Assembly (NCBI GenBank): GCA_964555585.1
Contig: CAZKSN010000001.1
Location: 58,709 to 122,708, forward strand
DNA: 64,000 nt
Direction: 5' to 3'
From: an uncultured Muribaculaceae bacterium
Lineage (GTDB): Bacteria > Bacillota_I > Bacilli_A > RF39 > UBA660
Part shown: positions 1-9,700 of the stretch, one piece after another
How the letters are laid out: each line of letters starts with the position of its first letter
How positions within the stretch are numbered: position 1 is the stretch's first letter
Made by a program: the position numbers and the translations under genes
The notes under the pieces: model-generated
Told to the model about the DNA's origin: nothing
The model's database searches: none
What the model saw: only the letters and a program-made list of their open reading frames with translations

Positions 1-1622
1 ATTCCAGCACTTTCAAACTGAAAAACACCAACGGTTTCAACATCATTGAATAATTTGAGAGTTTTTTCATCATCCAGAGGAATATTATTAAGATTTATTA
101 TTTTGCCTTCCTCTTTTTCAATTAACTGCATTACATTGTCAATAATAGTTAAATTACTGATACTGAGAAAATCTATTTTTAATAGACCTAAGTCTTCTAA
201 ATAATTCATTGAATAGGAAGTAAGTAAATTATCTCCACTTTTATATAAAGGCATAATATTGGTTAATTCTTCACTGCTTAATACAACTCCAGCTGCATGT
301 ATACTTGTATGTCTTTTCAAATTTTCCAGTTTTTTAGATATTTGAAAAAGTTTAATGTATCTTTCATCACTTTTTATAAGTTTCATAAAATTACTATCTT
401 TTTCTATATCATTAAAAGTATCCCTGGTTTTTATTAATTTACAAATCCTATCTATTTCTGAAGAGTTTATATTTAATACTCTGCCTACATCTCTGATTAC
501 CTGCTTCGGCAGCAAAGTTCCATAGGTAATAATATTTGCCACTTTATCAACACCATATTTATTTCTTACATAATTTACTACTTCTTCTCTTCTGATATCA
601 GATAAATCAACATCTATGTCAGGCATTGATATTCGTTCCGGATTTAAAAATCTTTCAAAAATCAAATTAAATTTTATTGGATCTATATCAGTAATACCCA
701 ATACATAACTCACTAAACTACCCGCAGCACTTCCTCTTCCAGGACCAACATATATTTTATTTTTCTTTGCAAATAAAATAAAATCATATACGATTAAGAA
801 ATAATCAACAAATCCCATTTTTTCAATAACTTCTATCTCATATAATAACCTGTCTGAATAAATTTTTGAGACTCTTCCATTCAATCTTTTTATAATGCCT
901 TTTTTACATAAACTTTTTAACAATTCTGTTGAATTTTCACTGTATCTAGGTAAATTATATTTAAATTTTGGAAATTCTAAGTCTATTAATTCACTGAATT
1001 TATATGTGGTTTCCTCTTCAATCGCATTCACTTTGTAATCAAGATTGTTATACTCACATTTAAAAATAATGTCATCCTCAATTGTTTTTCCATCTCTGAT
1101 CATATAAAGATATTTCAGATATTCACTATCCTCTTCATTTAAATACAGTACTTCTCTTGAATAAACAATATTTTCAGAAATTATTAATGAATTTAATTTC
1201 TGTTCTTTTGTAGAATATGAAATGAATGAATCCTTAAAAACAGAAGACAATATTTTAAAGCTGTTAATATTTTCGTAACTGCATACAAGTATTAAATCCT
1301 TGCTGTATTTCTTTAAATAATCTAAACTTATATTTCCTATATTCTTTTCAGTCACCAATTTACATAAATTCTTATATCCGTTAAAATTTTTGGCATATAT
1401 TATAAAATTATATTCTTCAAATGAAAAGTCAACTCCAATTATCGGCTTAATATTATTCTTTTTACATGCATTATAGAATTCAATGCAGGAAAACATATTT
1501 GAATCAGTAATTCCAAGTGCCGGTATATTGTTCTTTAAGGCATAGGAAACTAAGTCATCTATTTTAATAAGACTGCTTAATAACTGATAATTAGTTTTAA
1601 TGTTTAACGGAACATATCGCAT
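1..1622 (-). CDS. dnaE: DNA polymerase III alpha subunit DnaE, N-terminal ~540 codons (gene continues past window start)
   Basis: Minus-strand ATG at 1622 gives MRYVPLNIKTNYQLL...NIPALGITDSNMFSCIEFY...IKPIIGVDF, a PHP-like N-terminus. Further in are VGPGRGSAAGSLVSYVLGITDIDP...ISMPDIDVDL and HAAGVVLS, the DnaE palm/fingers motifs. No stop before position 1. Missing from the ORF track because it is truncated. Confidence 0.8.
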   Translation of the reverse strand, partial: MRYVPLNIKTNYQLLSSLIKIDDLVSYALKNNIPALGITDSNMFSCIEFYNACKKNNIKPIIGVDFSFEEYNFIIYAKNFNGYKNLCKLVTEKNIGNISLDYLKKYSKDLILVCSYENINSFKILSSVFKDSFISYSTKEQKLNSLIISENIVYSREVLYLNEEDSEYLKYLYMIRDGKTIEDDIIFKCEYNNLDYKVNAIEEETTYKFSELIDLEFPKFKYNLPRYSENSTELLKSLCKKGIIKRLNGRVSKIYSDRLLYEIEVIEKMGFVDYFLIVYDFILFAKKNKIYVGPGRGSAAGSLVSYVLGITDIDPIKFNLIFERFLNPERISMPDIDVDLSDIRREEVVNYVRNKYGVDKVANIITYGTLLPKQVIRDVGRVLNINSSEIDRICKLIKTRDTFNDIEKDSNFMKLIKSDERYIKLFQISKKLENLKRHTSIHAAGVVLSSEELTNIMPLYKSGDNLLTSYSMNYLEDLGLLKIDFLSISNLTIIDNVMQLIEKEEGKIINLNNIPLDDEKTLKLFNDVETVGVFQFESAG

Positions 1623-1764
1623 ACTATCACACCACAGATATATTATAGCATTAAAATTAAATTAATTATAATTGATTTAATTTATTTATGATTACAACAT
1701 AAATTATTGACTTAATCAGTATAATATGTTAAATTATATAAAGATTTCAAGGAGGAATAAAAAA

Positions 1765-1932
1765 ATGGCTAGAAATGTATCAAGTAGAAAAAATATGAGT
1801 GGAAATAATAGACCTTTTTCTTTAAAGGCGACTAGAAAGACACAAAAAGTAAATTTACAGACAACAGTAGTTGACGGGAAAAAAGTTAGATTATCTACAA
1901 AAGAAATTAAAACAATAAAAAAGACTAAATAG
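1765..1932 (+). CDS. rpmB: 50S ribosomal protein L28
   Basis: MARNVSSRKNMSGNNRPFSLKATRKTQKVNLQ... matches the L28 pattern (SGNNRS, KxNLQ). GGAGG RBS at 1751-1755. The true start is the internal Met of the 1726 ORF. Confidence 0.7.
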   Translation: MARNVSSRKNMSGNNRPFSLKATRKTQKVNLQTTVVDGKKVRLSTKEIKTIKKTK

Positions 1933-1946
1933 TCTTTTTTTTAATA
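1921..1946. terminator. Bidirectional rho-independent terminator (AAGACTA-AAT-TAGTCTT + T-run; A-run on the other side)
   Basis: Perfect 7-bp inverted repeat overlapping the rpmB stop, followed by T8; it lies between convergent genes. Confidence 0.55.
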
Positions 1947-2429
1947 TATTAGTTCTTCCTTTATTTTTTCTATATCGTCCAAATAAAGTACATTCTTTCC
2001 ATTTTTTATTTTTATAAGAGTTGGTGACTTAATTAATAAATCTGCGGCTTTTTGAACTTTTTTATTTGATGATTCACTATTATATACAGCATTTACCTTT
2101 AAAAGCATATTTACTTTATATATGTGTAAGTCAGAACTTGTGTTATCTAATATATAATTTAGATATACATTATCTGAATTAAATTCATCAAAAACAACAT
2201 AATATTCTTTTTCCATTCTATTAAATGTAGATCCCGCCAAGATGTATTCATTGGAAATTTCTGCTTCTTTCTTTTCAGGAGCTTCATATCCTTTTTCAAA
2301 TATTCCCATCTTATCTAAAGCAAGCACAACTCCATACACAACTATAAACATTATAAATACTATAAAAACAGTTTTTAAATAATTTGAAGTATATTCAGTT
2401 TTAATAATTATTTCATTTTTCTTTTTCAT
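1941..2429 (-). CDS. hypothetical N-terminally membrane-anchored protein
   Basis: 162-aa ORF with one N-terminal TM helix (VFIVFIMFIVVYGVVLAL). No recognisable domain. Confidence 0.4.
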   Translation of the reverse strand: MKKKNEIIIKTEYTSNYLKTVFIVFIMFIVVYGVVLALDKMGIFEKGYEAPEKKEAEISNEYILAGSTFNRMEKEYYVVFDEFNSDNVYLNYILDNTSSDLHIYKVNMLLKVNAVYNSESSNKKVQKAADLLIKSPTLIKIKNGKNVLYLDDIEKIKEELIY

Positions 2430-2486
2430 AAATTCACCTATAAAAAATTATATCATGAAGTAAAAAAAATAGAAACATTTTTGTTT

Positions 2487-3476
2487 CTATTTAGTAAGTG
2501 CTACAGAACTTGCAGATGCTGCTATTTGTAAAATTTCCTCTTCAGTTAGATTTTGACCAATTATATAGTAATCTATTCCATTTTTTGTCCAATTAAGAGA
2601 TGTATCAGTAATTGAACCTAAAATATTTTCATAAAACACTAGATCACCTGATGAATTTATAACTTCATGGTCTTCAGAAACTGAAGCCACTTCTTCAATC
2701 ATTATAAATGGTTTTTCTCCAGTAAATGTAAGTATAACTCTTTCTGATGAATCCGTTTTTATCACTTCTTCATCTTTAAATGTTGTTCCGCTAGGTATAT
2801 ACATTGGATATATAACATCCTCTATCTCACTTGTAGCTTCATCTTCTTCACAGCAATCTTCATCTACATTATTGTCTAAACTAAAATAATCTTTTTCAAA
2901 TTCACTTTTATAATTGGAATCATTTACTACAAAAGTGATTTGAGCTATATTATCACTGTTAAAAACTTCTACTTTCTCTAATTCCATTTTATCATTGAAT
3001 GTCACTTTTTGATTTACTAAATTGCTGTTACTAGGATAATTTACTTTTGAAGTAAAAATATATTTATCATTTTTTTCTTCAAAACTTCTCTTAGAATCAT
3101 TCTTAAGATCATTTAAAATAGACTGAAGTATATAAGTTTGTGAACTGTTATTTGGCCATTCACTTTGAAATTTAAAGCTTTTATTAAGTGCTGGAGTAAT
3201 TACATATACACCATCTTCATTCTTTAGTATTATTTGTTCATGAGAGTTTTCTGCATTCACCAAACTTACTTTATAATAATCCCCTTCTTTATATGACACC
3301 TCTACATCATATAAATATTTTTCTTCATTACTTACTATTTCCATTGTTCCTTCTAAAGTATAAGCTTCATTATTTTCTATTTTATCATTAAACTTTTTCA
3401 ATGCTGAATCTGCATCAAATTTCTTACACCCTGCAAAAATAAGGCATAAACAAATTATCAATAATAATTTTTTCAA
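2487..3476 (-). CDS. lipoprotein, LolA-like/DUF4367-like (YdcC-type) domain
   Basis: Signal peptide with lipobox (LIFAGC). The C-terminal ...NWTKNGIDYYIIGQNLTEEEILQIAASA resembles DUF4367 sporulation lipoproteins. Confidence 0.45.
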   Translation of the reverse strand: MKKLLLIICLCLIFAGCKKFDADSALKKFNDKIENNEAYTLEGTMEIVSNEEKYLYDVEVSYKEGDYYKVSLVNAENSHEQIILKNEDGVYVITPALNKSFKFQSEWPNNSSQTYILQSILNDLKNDSKRSFEEKNDKYIFTSKVNYPSNSNLVNQKVTFNDKMELEKVEVFNSDNIAQITFVVNDSNYKSEFEKDYFSLDNNVDEDCCEEDEATSEIEDVIYPMYIPSGTTFKDEEVIKTDSSERVILTFTGEKPFIMIEEVASVSEDHEVINSSGDLVFYENILGSITDTSLNWTKNGIDYYIIGQNLTEEEILQIAASASSVALTK

Positions 3477-3577
3477 AAAATTCCTCCTTTTTTCTTCATT
3501 AAATTATATTGAATAAAAGTCTTATTTATGAATAAAACTATTAAAATTGTCTAAACTATTAATAATGAGGAGGATTT

Positions 3578-3784
3578 ATGGAAACTTTGCAAAAAATTGC
3601 TTTAACATTAACAATTATAGGAGCAATTAATTGGGGACTTGTCGGACTGTTTGACTTTGATATTGTACTAGCAATTTTTGGAGACGAATCAATAATATCC
3701 AATTTAATTTATTCTTTAATTGGACTGGCCGGAATTATTAATATTGGCCTATTATTATCTCCTATTCATAGACTGGAAAAATAG
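3578..3784 (+). CDS. DUF378-family small membrane protein
   Basis: 68 aa with two TM helices and the GAINWGLVGLF motif typical of DUF378/YuzA. RBS GAGGAGG sits upstream. Confidence 0.5.
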   Translation: METLQKIALTLTIIGAINWGLVGLFDFDIVLAIFGDESIISNLIYSLIGLAGIINIGLLLSPIHRLEK

Positions 3785-3810
3785 TATCGATTATCGATAC
3801 TATTTTATTT

Positions 3811-5184
3811 TTATTCTATTTTACTAATTATAACAGTAACTTTTTGAGTTTTTGCTAAATAACTTAATCTCAGATCTGATCCTGTTACAATCACAGGCAC
3901 TTCCCAAGTTCCTACTCCTAGATCTGACAAATCCACGTAGGCTCTAATATCAGATGATTTAAGAGATTCCAATATGCTTGAGACACCTTTTACAATTACT
4001 GATACTTTTGTATCATCTACAGTTGCACCGCCGGCTTTCAGTCCGGTAGCTAGATTTTCCTTTTCAATACTTATATCTGAAAATTCTTTAGAGGTTTCTT
4101 TTTCCATTTTTACAGTAATAGTGATCGTAGTTTCACTTATTGAACGTACTCCAGTAGGTTTTTTAATATCAGTCTGATATGTTTTATCTGCATTTAAACC
4201 ATTTACATCTATTTCTACTTCCAGATTATCAATATTGCTTAATACAGACTCTTCACCATATATTGTTACCTTTTTTATGCTTGTTGTGATATTGCTAATT
4301 GCACTTCCAGAGCTTACTTCACCTACAGGAATTACCTTGATTGGAACTTCTTTACTTGGAGAGGTTATTACTACAGTTGCAGTCACATTATCAGGTACTA
4401 TTTCAATATCTTTTATTTCTGTTCCCTCTTCATCATATGCTACTAATTTAACATTGTCTAAAGTGTAGGTTCCAGCAGAATTTGCATTCAATGCATTTAC
4501 ATCTACTATTGCCTTAACAGAGGCAACCGATTCCAACTTTTCTTTATAACTCTTTATTATTACTTCATCTCTATCCAATGTAACACTGCTTACAATAAGA
4601 ACATCATTCAACTTATCTTGATTCAGCACATCAATTGTCAAAGTTCTTACTTCACTGATCTTCGGATATATTATTACCGTCACAAAAGATGGATCTAGCT
4701 TATAATTTAATGTATTTATTGGATTATTATACTTTAAGTACACTTTATGAGTACCAGCCTTTAAATTGCCTAAATCCAATGTAACCTTATGATCAACCAG
4801 CTGTCCTGCTAAATATAAGTCACTTTTTCTTCCCATAAGCACTATATCAACAGACGTTGGTATACCTTCTACAACAAATGCCTCTTCATTATATTCAACT
4901 TCAACTTTCTGGTTGGTTAAAACTTTTGCTTCTGTTTCCACCAAAGATATAATTTTCTGATCAATTACCAAAAAAACTATAAAAGCACAAAATAGTGAAA
5001 TAAATAATAGATTATTCGGCTTACTCAGTATTTTTTCAAATTTATTGGGCTTTGTATTTATTTTATCAATTAAAAAATATACAAATTTACTTACTGGAAC
5101 TATTATGATTTTATCAATAAACTTATAAACAATTTTTCCAACTGCAACAAAGAATTTAGCGATACTATTAATTATCTTTTTCAT
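3811..5184 (-). CDS. cdaR: CdaA regulatory protein CdaR (YbbR-domain protein)
   Basis: N-terminal TM followed by repeated beta-rich YbbR-like modules. It lies immediately downstream of, and overlapping, cdaA, as in the Firmicute cdaA-cdaR-glmM arrangement. Start moved to MKKIINS (cdaA stop at 5168). Confidence 0.7.
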   Translation of the reverse strand: MKKIINSIAKFFVAVGKIVYKFIDKIIIVPVSKFVYFLIDKINTKPNKFEKILSKPNNLLFISLFCAFIVFLVIDQKIISLVETEAKVLTNQKVEVEYNEEAFVVEGIPTSVDIVLMGRKSDLYLAGQLVDHKVTLDLGNLKAGTHKVYLKYNNPINTLNYKLDPSFVTVIIYPKISEVRTLTIDVLNQDKLNDVLIVSSVTLDRDEVIIKSYKEKLESVASVKAIVDVNALNANSAGTYTLDNVKLVAYDEEGTEIKDIEIVPDNVTATVVITSPSKEVPIKVIPVGEVSSGSAISNITTSIKKVTIYGEESVLSNIDNLEVEIDVNGLNADKTYQTDIKKPTGVRSISETTITITVKMEKETSKEFSDISIEKENLATGLKAGGATVDDTKVSVIVKGVSSILESLKSSDIRAYVDLSDLGVGTWEVPVIVTGSDLRLSYLAKTQKVTVIISKIE

Positions 5185-6007
5185 CAGTATCACCACCTTC
5201 ACTTTCTTCCACACCTTCATCTGCATCATAAAACATTTCTTTTTTAGGCTGCAATTCTTCCATTAGCATCATTCTTGCATCATCTACTGACAAATTATAA
5301 TTTAATTCACTTGATACAGCAAGACTTATTCTTCCTGTTTCTTCAGAAACCATGATTGCTATTGCATCACTAACCTCAGATACACCCAATGCGGCTCTGT
5401 GTCTGGTTCCTAATCTTTTTGAAATTGAAGGATTTATACTTGTGGGAAACACTGCTCCGGCACAAGTTATTCTGTCACCTTGAATAATTACTCCGCCATC
5501 ATGTAATGGATTATTCGGAAAAAATATGGATATAATCAATTCACTGCTTATATCTGCATATAATTTAGTTGCAGGTTCTATATATTGATAAAGACTGTAA
5601 TCTCTTTCAATAACAATTAAAGCTCCTATTCTATTTTTCTTTAAATATTCAATAGACTGCATTATTTCATAAACCACTTTTTCTCTTTCATCAACTGTAA
5701 GAGTCTTATGTCTTCCAAGTAAATGACTTCTACCTAGATTTTCTAAAACAGTTCTAATTTCAGGTTGAAAAACAATAACCAATGCCAATGGTCCCCAGCT
5801 TACTATATATTCAATTAAAATACCCACGGTATTTAAATTCAAGAAACTGCTTAATAACTTTAAAACGATTATAATAACTACACCTTTGAAAATTAAAATT
5901 ATCTTTAAATTATTTCTTGCATATTTTAGCAAATAATAAAACATTATCCAAATAATGGCAATATCTAAAACCTTTGTAAATATGTTATATATATTAGTTA
6001 AAGTCAT
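5168..6007 (-). CDS. cdaA: diadenylate cyclase CdaA (DacA)
   Basis: Three N-terminal TM helices then a DAC domain: DGGVIIQGDRI...GTRHRAALGVSEVSDAIAIMVSEETGRISLA. AAAGGAG RBS precedes the MTLTN start. Confidence 0.85.
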   Translation of the reverse strand: MTLTNIYNIFTKVLDIAIIWIMFYYLLKYARNNLKIILIFKGVVIIIVLKLLSSFLNLNTVGILIEYIVSWGPLALVIVFQPEIRTVLENLGRSHLLGRHKTLTVDEREKVVYEIMQSIEYLKKNRIGALIVIERDYSLYQYIEPATKLYADISSELIISIFFPNNPLHDGGVIIQGDRITCAGAVFPTSINPSISKRLGTRHRAALGVSEVSDAIAIMVSEETGRISLAVSSELNYNLSVDDARMMLMEELQPKKEMFYDADEGVEESEGGDTDEKDN

Positions 6008-6096
6008 ATTTTTTATAAACTCCTTTTTATTGTCATACAAATAAATTATACAACAAAAAAGATATATTATCTATATCTTTTTATTCCCTATGTAAA

Positions 6097-6597
6097 CTAT
6101 TGTCCATTTCCTGGAGTAGTATTATTGTTCTGATTAATTTCAAACGTATTGCTTGCTGCAGGGTTTATATTTACTATCGGTTCATCTGGTGTTGCATTTA
6201 CAGCAGGTTGCACTGGCGTAGGCTCTATAGCTGGTGGTGTAGGTACAGTTGCAGTTGGTTGTACAGGCGTTACTGTAGGTGTTACAGGACTTGCTAAATC
6301 AATAGTTTCAGAAACCTGAGTTGGTGCAACTTCAGGTGTTACCACTGGTGCAGGTTCAGGTGCCACTGGAGCCTTAACTTCTTCAACTTTAGCCGGTTCA
6401 ACACTAGGAGTAGAAATTTCAGTTGGAGCTTCAGTCTTATTCACATCAACAGGTGTTTCTTCAACATTAACATTATCACCTTTCTTTTTCTTGTTTTTCC
6501 CACTAACTAAAAGACCAATTAATGCTAGAGTTAATACTCCCGCCGCTATTAAAAAATAAGTATAGTTATCAGTTATAAAATTTAAAAAACTTTCCAT
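6097..6597 (-). CDS. membrane-anchored protein with Pro/Thr/Val-rich low-complexity ectodomain
   Basis: N-terminal TM (FLIAAGVLTLALIGLLV) then (P/T/V/E/A)-rich repeats. The locally higher GC is driven by Pro/Ala/Thr codons. Confidence 0.45.
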   Translation of the reverse strand: MESFLNFITDNYTYFLIAAGVLTLALIGLLVSGKNKKKKGDNVNVEETPVDVNKTEAPTEISTPSVEPAKVEEVKAPVAPEPAPVVTPEVAPTQVSETIDLASPVTPTVTPVQPTATVPTPPAIEPTPVQPAVNATPDEPIVNINPAASNTFEINQNNNTTPGNGQ

Positions 6598-6752
6598 ATC
6601 ACAGCCTCCTTTATCTTTAATTTAATTTTAACATCATATTTTTATATTATCAAGTTTTTTTTTATTTCTCTATATTATATGCTACATAGTATTTCATTTA
6701 TTCATTTATAAATAAAGAAAAAACCCAGACAAGCTAGGTTTAATATTTTAAA

Positions 6753-6829
<77 letters not shown>

Positions 6830-6868
6830 AACTGAAATTACCTATAAATTATATAATAAATTTATAGA

Positions 6869-7834
6869 TTATTCAAGTGTTTTTAGTGTAGTCTCAGCAA
6901 TTTCTTCATTATTTACAATGAAAACTACCTCTTCAACATCATAATTTTCTTTTATGGACATACTTATAGTATACTTTACTTCTTCTAAAATACTTTTTGT
7001 ATTAAAATCACTAAATATCTTATCATTAAAAGATAAATGCATAGAATTTTCAATTATTTCAAAACTTTTCAATTCTGCAGCAGCACTTAAATAACTGCTT
7101 AAATTACTTTGATACACTAGAGAGCTTTTTAATTCATCTATAATAATCGTTATCTTTTCCCTATTATCATTTGTAACCTTTGTAACAGGCGTATAATAGA
7201 TTTCATCATTTATATCATTTATATAAAATACTGTAGTTTTAGTAATATCTGAAAGAGAATCAAAATCATATATTTTATTAATACCATAACTTCTATCTAA
7301 TATTTCCGGTAAAGCCTTTTTTGAATTTGGCAACTCACTTAACGCTTTTCCCTCAACTTTAATAATTATCTTATTTATTTCATCTATATCTGTTAAAGAG
7401 AATATTAAGGCTTCTATTGCTTTCTCTTCATCCTCAATAGATATATCTAACAATTCTTTTGAAAAATTAATTGACAAAACATCTTTTTCTAATTTCAAAT
7501 CCAGTATTTTTGTTTCTTCAGGAATTAAAGCCCTAAAGCCGTTTGGAACTCTATCACTTTTTGTACCGTTTATTTTTAAGTATTCTATTTTTTCTTTAAC
7601 TAATTCATATATTTTAACTTCTTCCAGAGACAACAGTACTTTAGATACATAATTATATTTATCTAAAAAATATATACTTTTAAAATTTTCTTCTTCCTGA
7701 TATGTAATTGTTTTTTCCAGTTCAATCTTATTATCAGTAGTTGGAAAAAAATAAAATAAAAATAAAATTAATAAAGCAAAAGTAGTAACGGTAATTTTCC
7801 TAATACTCATCCTTTTTAACATAATACACCTCAT
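6869..7834 (-). CDS. GerM-like (tandem GerMN-domain) membrane-anchored protein
   Basis: N-terminal TM then two repeats with GerMN-like patterns (SIYFLDKYNYVSKVLL...; TTVFYINDINDEIYYTPVTKV). Confidence 0.35.
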   Translation of the reverse strand: MRCIMLKRMSIRKITVTTFALLILFLFYFFPTTDNKIELEKTITYQEEENFKSIYFLDKYNYVSKVLLSLEEVKIYELVKEKIEYLKINGTKSDRVPNGFRALIPEETKILDLKLEKDVLSINFSKELLDISIEDEEKAIEALIFSLTDIDEINKIIIKVEGKALSELPNSKKALPEILDRSYGINKIYDFDSLSDITKTTVFYINDINDEIYYTPVTKVTNDNREKITIIIDELKSSLVYQSNLSSYLSAAAELKSFEIIENSMHLSFNDKIFSDFNTKSILEEVKYTISMSIKENYDVEEVVFIVNNEEIAETTLKTLE

Positions 7835-7881
7835 AAAATTATATTAAACATAATTTAAAAAAATGACTTTAAAAGTCATTT

Positions 7882-8088
7882 TTATAAACTTAACTCTCCT
7901 AATTTTAAAAGTTCAATAACTGCTCCTGCTCTTCCTTTAACACCTAGTTTTTGCATTGAATTAGATATGTGATTTCTAACAGTTTTTTCACTAATAAATA
8001 ATTCTTCCGCTATCTCTTTAGTAGATTTATTTAAAACTAAGAGTTCAAATACTTCTCTTTCTCTCTTTGTTAAAATATTTTTATTCAT
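7882..8088 (-). CDS. GerE/LuxR-family small HTH transcription regulator
   Basis: 68 aa. LTKREREVFELLVLNKSTKEIAEELFISEKTVRNHISN is a canonical LuxR-type HTH; the size matches GerE. Confidence 0.6.
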   Translation of the reverse strand: MNKNILTKREREVFELLVLNKSTKEIAEELFISEKTVRNHISNSMQKLGVKGRAGAVIELLKLGELSL

Positions 8089-8177
8089 CTTTCCTCACTT
8101 TCATAAACGCGGGTGACTTCATAACCATTCTAAAATAGTTTATGAAGAAAAAAATGAAAAGTGAGAATTAATGCCTA

Positions 8178-8672
8178 TTATGATTCAAATTTTATAGTAA
8201 TATACATTTTTTCTTTATATTCGCCCTGAATACTTCGCATAATGTTATTTGCTAAAGAGGCATCATGTTCCTTTGAATTGACCACTATTTTTATTTGATC
8301 ATTCTTAATTTCCACAAAAGATTTAATATTGAATTCCTTAAGAATCTTGTCTTCCAATTTTTGTTCTTTACCTTTTGTTAAATTTAATAATTTTAATTCT
8401 TCAAAAGCATTATTCTTTTCTTCACTAGTTGAATCTACTGAAATTAAAACTTCCTGCAAAGCTTTCATAGAATCAGATATCTCTTCATCTCTTTCAACTC
8501 TTAATGCCACAAGCATATCACTCTCCGTTACATCAACAGTTACATCACCATTTACTTCTTCAAGTGTTTCTTCACTTTTTAATAGATCATTAGGCATTGT
8601 TACATAATATATTCCTAATATTAAAACTAAGCTAAATAGTGTTAAAAACCATAAACTTTGTTTATTAATCAC
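8178..8672 (-). CDS. spoIIIAH: stage III sporulation protein AH (SpoIIIAH)-like
   Basis: GTG start preceded by GGGAGG. The N-terminus MINKQSLWFLTLFSLVLILGIYYVTMP and the C-terminal KEQKLEDKILKEFNIKSFVEIKNDQIKIVVNSKEHD... parallel B. subtilis SpoIIIAH (as recalled from memory). Confidence 0.5.
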   Translation of the reverse strand: MINKQSLWFLTLFSLVLILGIYYVTMPNDLLKSEETLEEVNGDVTVDVTESDMLVALRVERDEEISDSMKALQEVLISVDSTSEEKNNAFEELKLLNLTKGKEQKLEDKILKEFNIKSFVEIKNDQIKIVVNSKEHDASLANNIMRSIQGEYKEKMYITIKFES

Positions 8673-8872
8673 ACAATATTCCTCCCTATACTAATAAATA
8701 TTATACAAGTAGTCCAAAGTTTATGAATATATTTATAAAAAAAATGAAACAATAAATGTTTCATTAAATTTAATCAGTTATCATATTATTGGTATTTAAA
8801 TCTAAATATGCTCCTTTCTTAATATTTTTTTATATCTTATTAATTTAATTATATCATTATACTATATTATAT

Positions 8873-8903
8873 TCAAATAAAAAAATATAACACTAGTTAT
8901 ATT
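8873..8903 (-). terminator. rho-independent terminator after efp
   Basis: AATATAAC-ACTA-GTTATATT hairpin, then a U-tract on the minus-strand transcript. Confidence 0.5.
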
Positions 8904-8905
8904 TC

Positions 8906-9463
8906 TTAAGCTTTTGAAAAATATTTTCCATCACGAGTTGTAACAATTATTTCATCATTTTCTTTTATAAATAAAGGTACTTTTAAAGTTAAACCTGTTT
9001 CAATAGTAACATCTTTCATCGCTCCACTTGTAGTATTTCCTTTTACAGCTTCTTCAGCATTTATTACCTTATATGAAACTTTTTCTGGTAAACTAATACC
9101 TATAACTTCACCGTCATAATTCATTATTTCTACGTTTAAATTTTCTTTTAAAAATTTAATTTCATATTCTAACTTTGAAGCTGGTATTTCAATTTGTTCA
9201 TAAGTACTATTATCCATAAATACATACATATTACTTAAACTATATAAATATAATAAATCTTTCTTTTCAACATTTGCTTTTTCAATCTTAATACCTGCTG
9301 GAAAAGTAATTTCTTGAGTAGAATCAGTTTTTAAATTTTTTAATTTTGTTCTTACAAAAGCACTACCTTTTCCAGGTTTTACATGTTGAAATTCAACTAC
9401 TTGATAAACATTTTCTTCATATTTTATAGTCATTCCATTTTTTATGTCATTAATATTTATCAT
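8906..9463 (-). CDS. efp: elongation factor P
   Basis: 185 aa. VKPGKGSAFVRTKLKNLKTD, the EF-P KOW/OB pattern with the conserved Lys loop. Confidence 0.9.
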   Translation of the reverse strand: MININDIKNGMTIKYEENVYQVVEFQHVKPGKGSAFVRTKLKNLKTDSTQEITFPAGIKIEKANVEKKDLLYLYSLSNMYVFMDNSTYEQIEIPASKLEYEIKFLKENLNVEIMNYDGEVIGISLPEKVSYKVINAEEAVKGNTTSGAMKDVTIETGLTLKVPLFIKENDEIIVTTRDGKYFSKA

Positions 9464-9465
9464 AA

Positions 9466-9636
9466 TTAGTTAACCTTTCTTTCATTATGTATAGTTGATT
9501 TATTACATTTTTTGCAGAATTTCTTTATTTGAAGTTTTTCTGTAGTATTCTTTTTATTTTTACTTGTTAAATAACCTATTTCATTACATACAGTGCATCT
9601 TAAAGCTACACCTTCTCTATTTTCTTTTTTTGCCAT
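9466..9636 (-). CDS. rpmG: 50S ribosomal protein L33
   Basis: Not in the ORF track (56 aa): MAKKENREGVALRCTVCNEIGYLTSKNKKNTTEKLQIKKFCKKCNKSTIHNERKVN. It has the Zn-ribbon CxxC...CxxC and the KKNKxN...ELKKFC...H.E.K signature of L33. GGAGGTG RBS. Its stop lies 2 nt from the efp start. Confidence 0.75.
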   Translation of the reverse strand: MAKKENREGVALRCTVCNEIGYLTSKNKKNTTEKLQIKKFCKKCNKSTIHNERKVN

Positions 9637-9700
9637 TTTTGCACCTCCTTAAATAACTTTAGTAATTATATCATATTAATTATAATTTTTAAAGTAAATT

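Noticed and set aside
3974-4468. Plus-strand ORFs 3974..4177 and 4235..4468 inside cdaR
   Set aside because: Antisense shadow ORFs with low-complexity S/T/I-rich translations, fully embedded in the well-supported YbbR-domain gene.
6100-6297. Plus-strand 65-aa Cys/Arg/Tyr/Trp-rich ORF
   Set aside because: Antisense to the PT-rich gene. Its composition is an artefact of reading Pro/Thr codons backwards.
8329-8607. 92-aa plus-strand ORF inside spoIIIAH
   Set aside because: Shadow ORF with no RBS. The minus-strand gene has clear homology.
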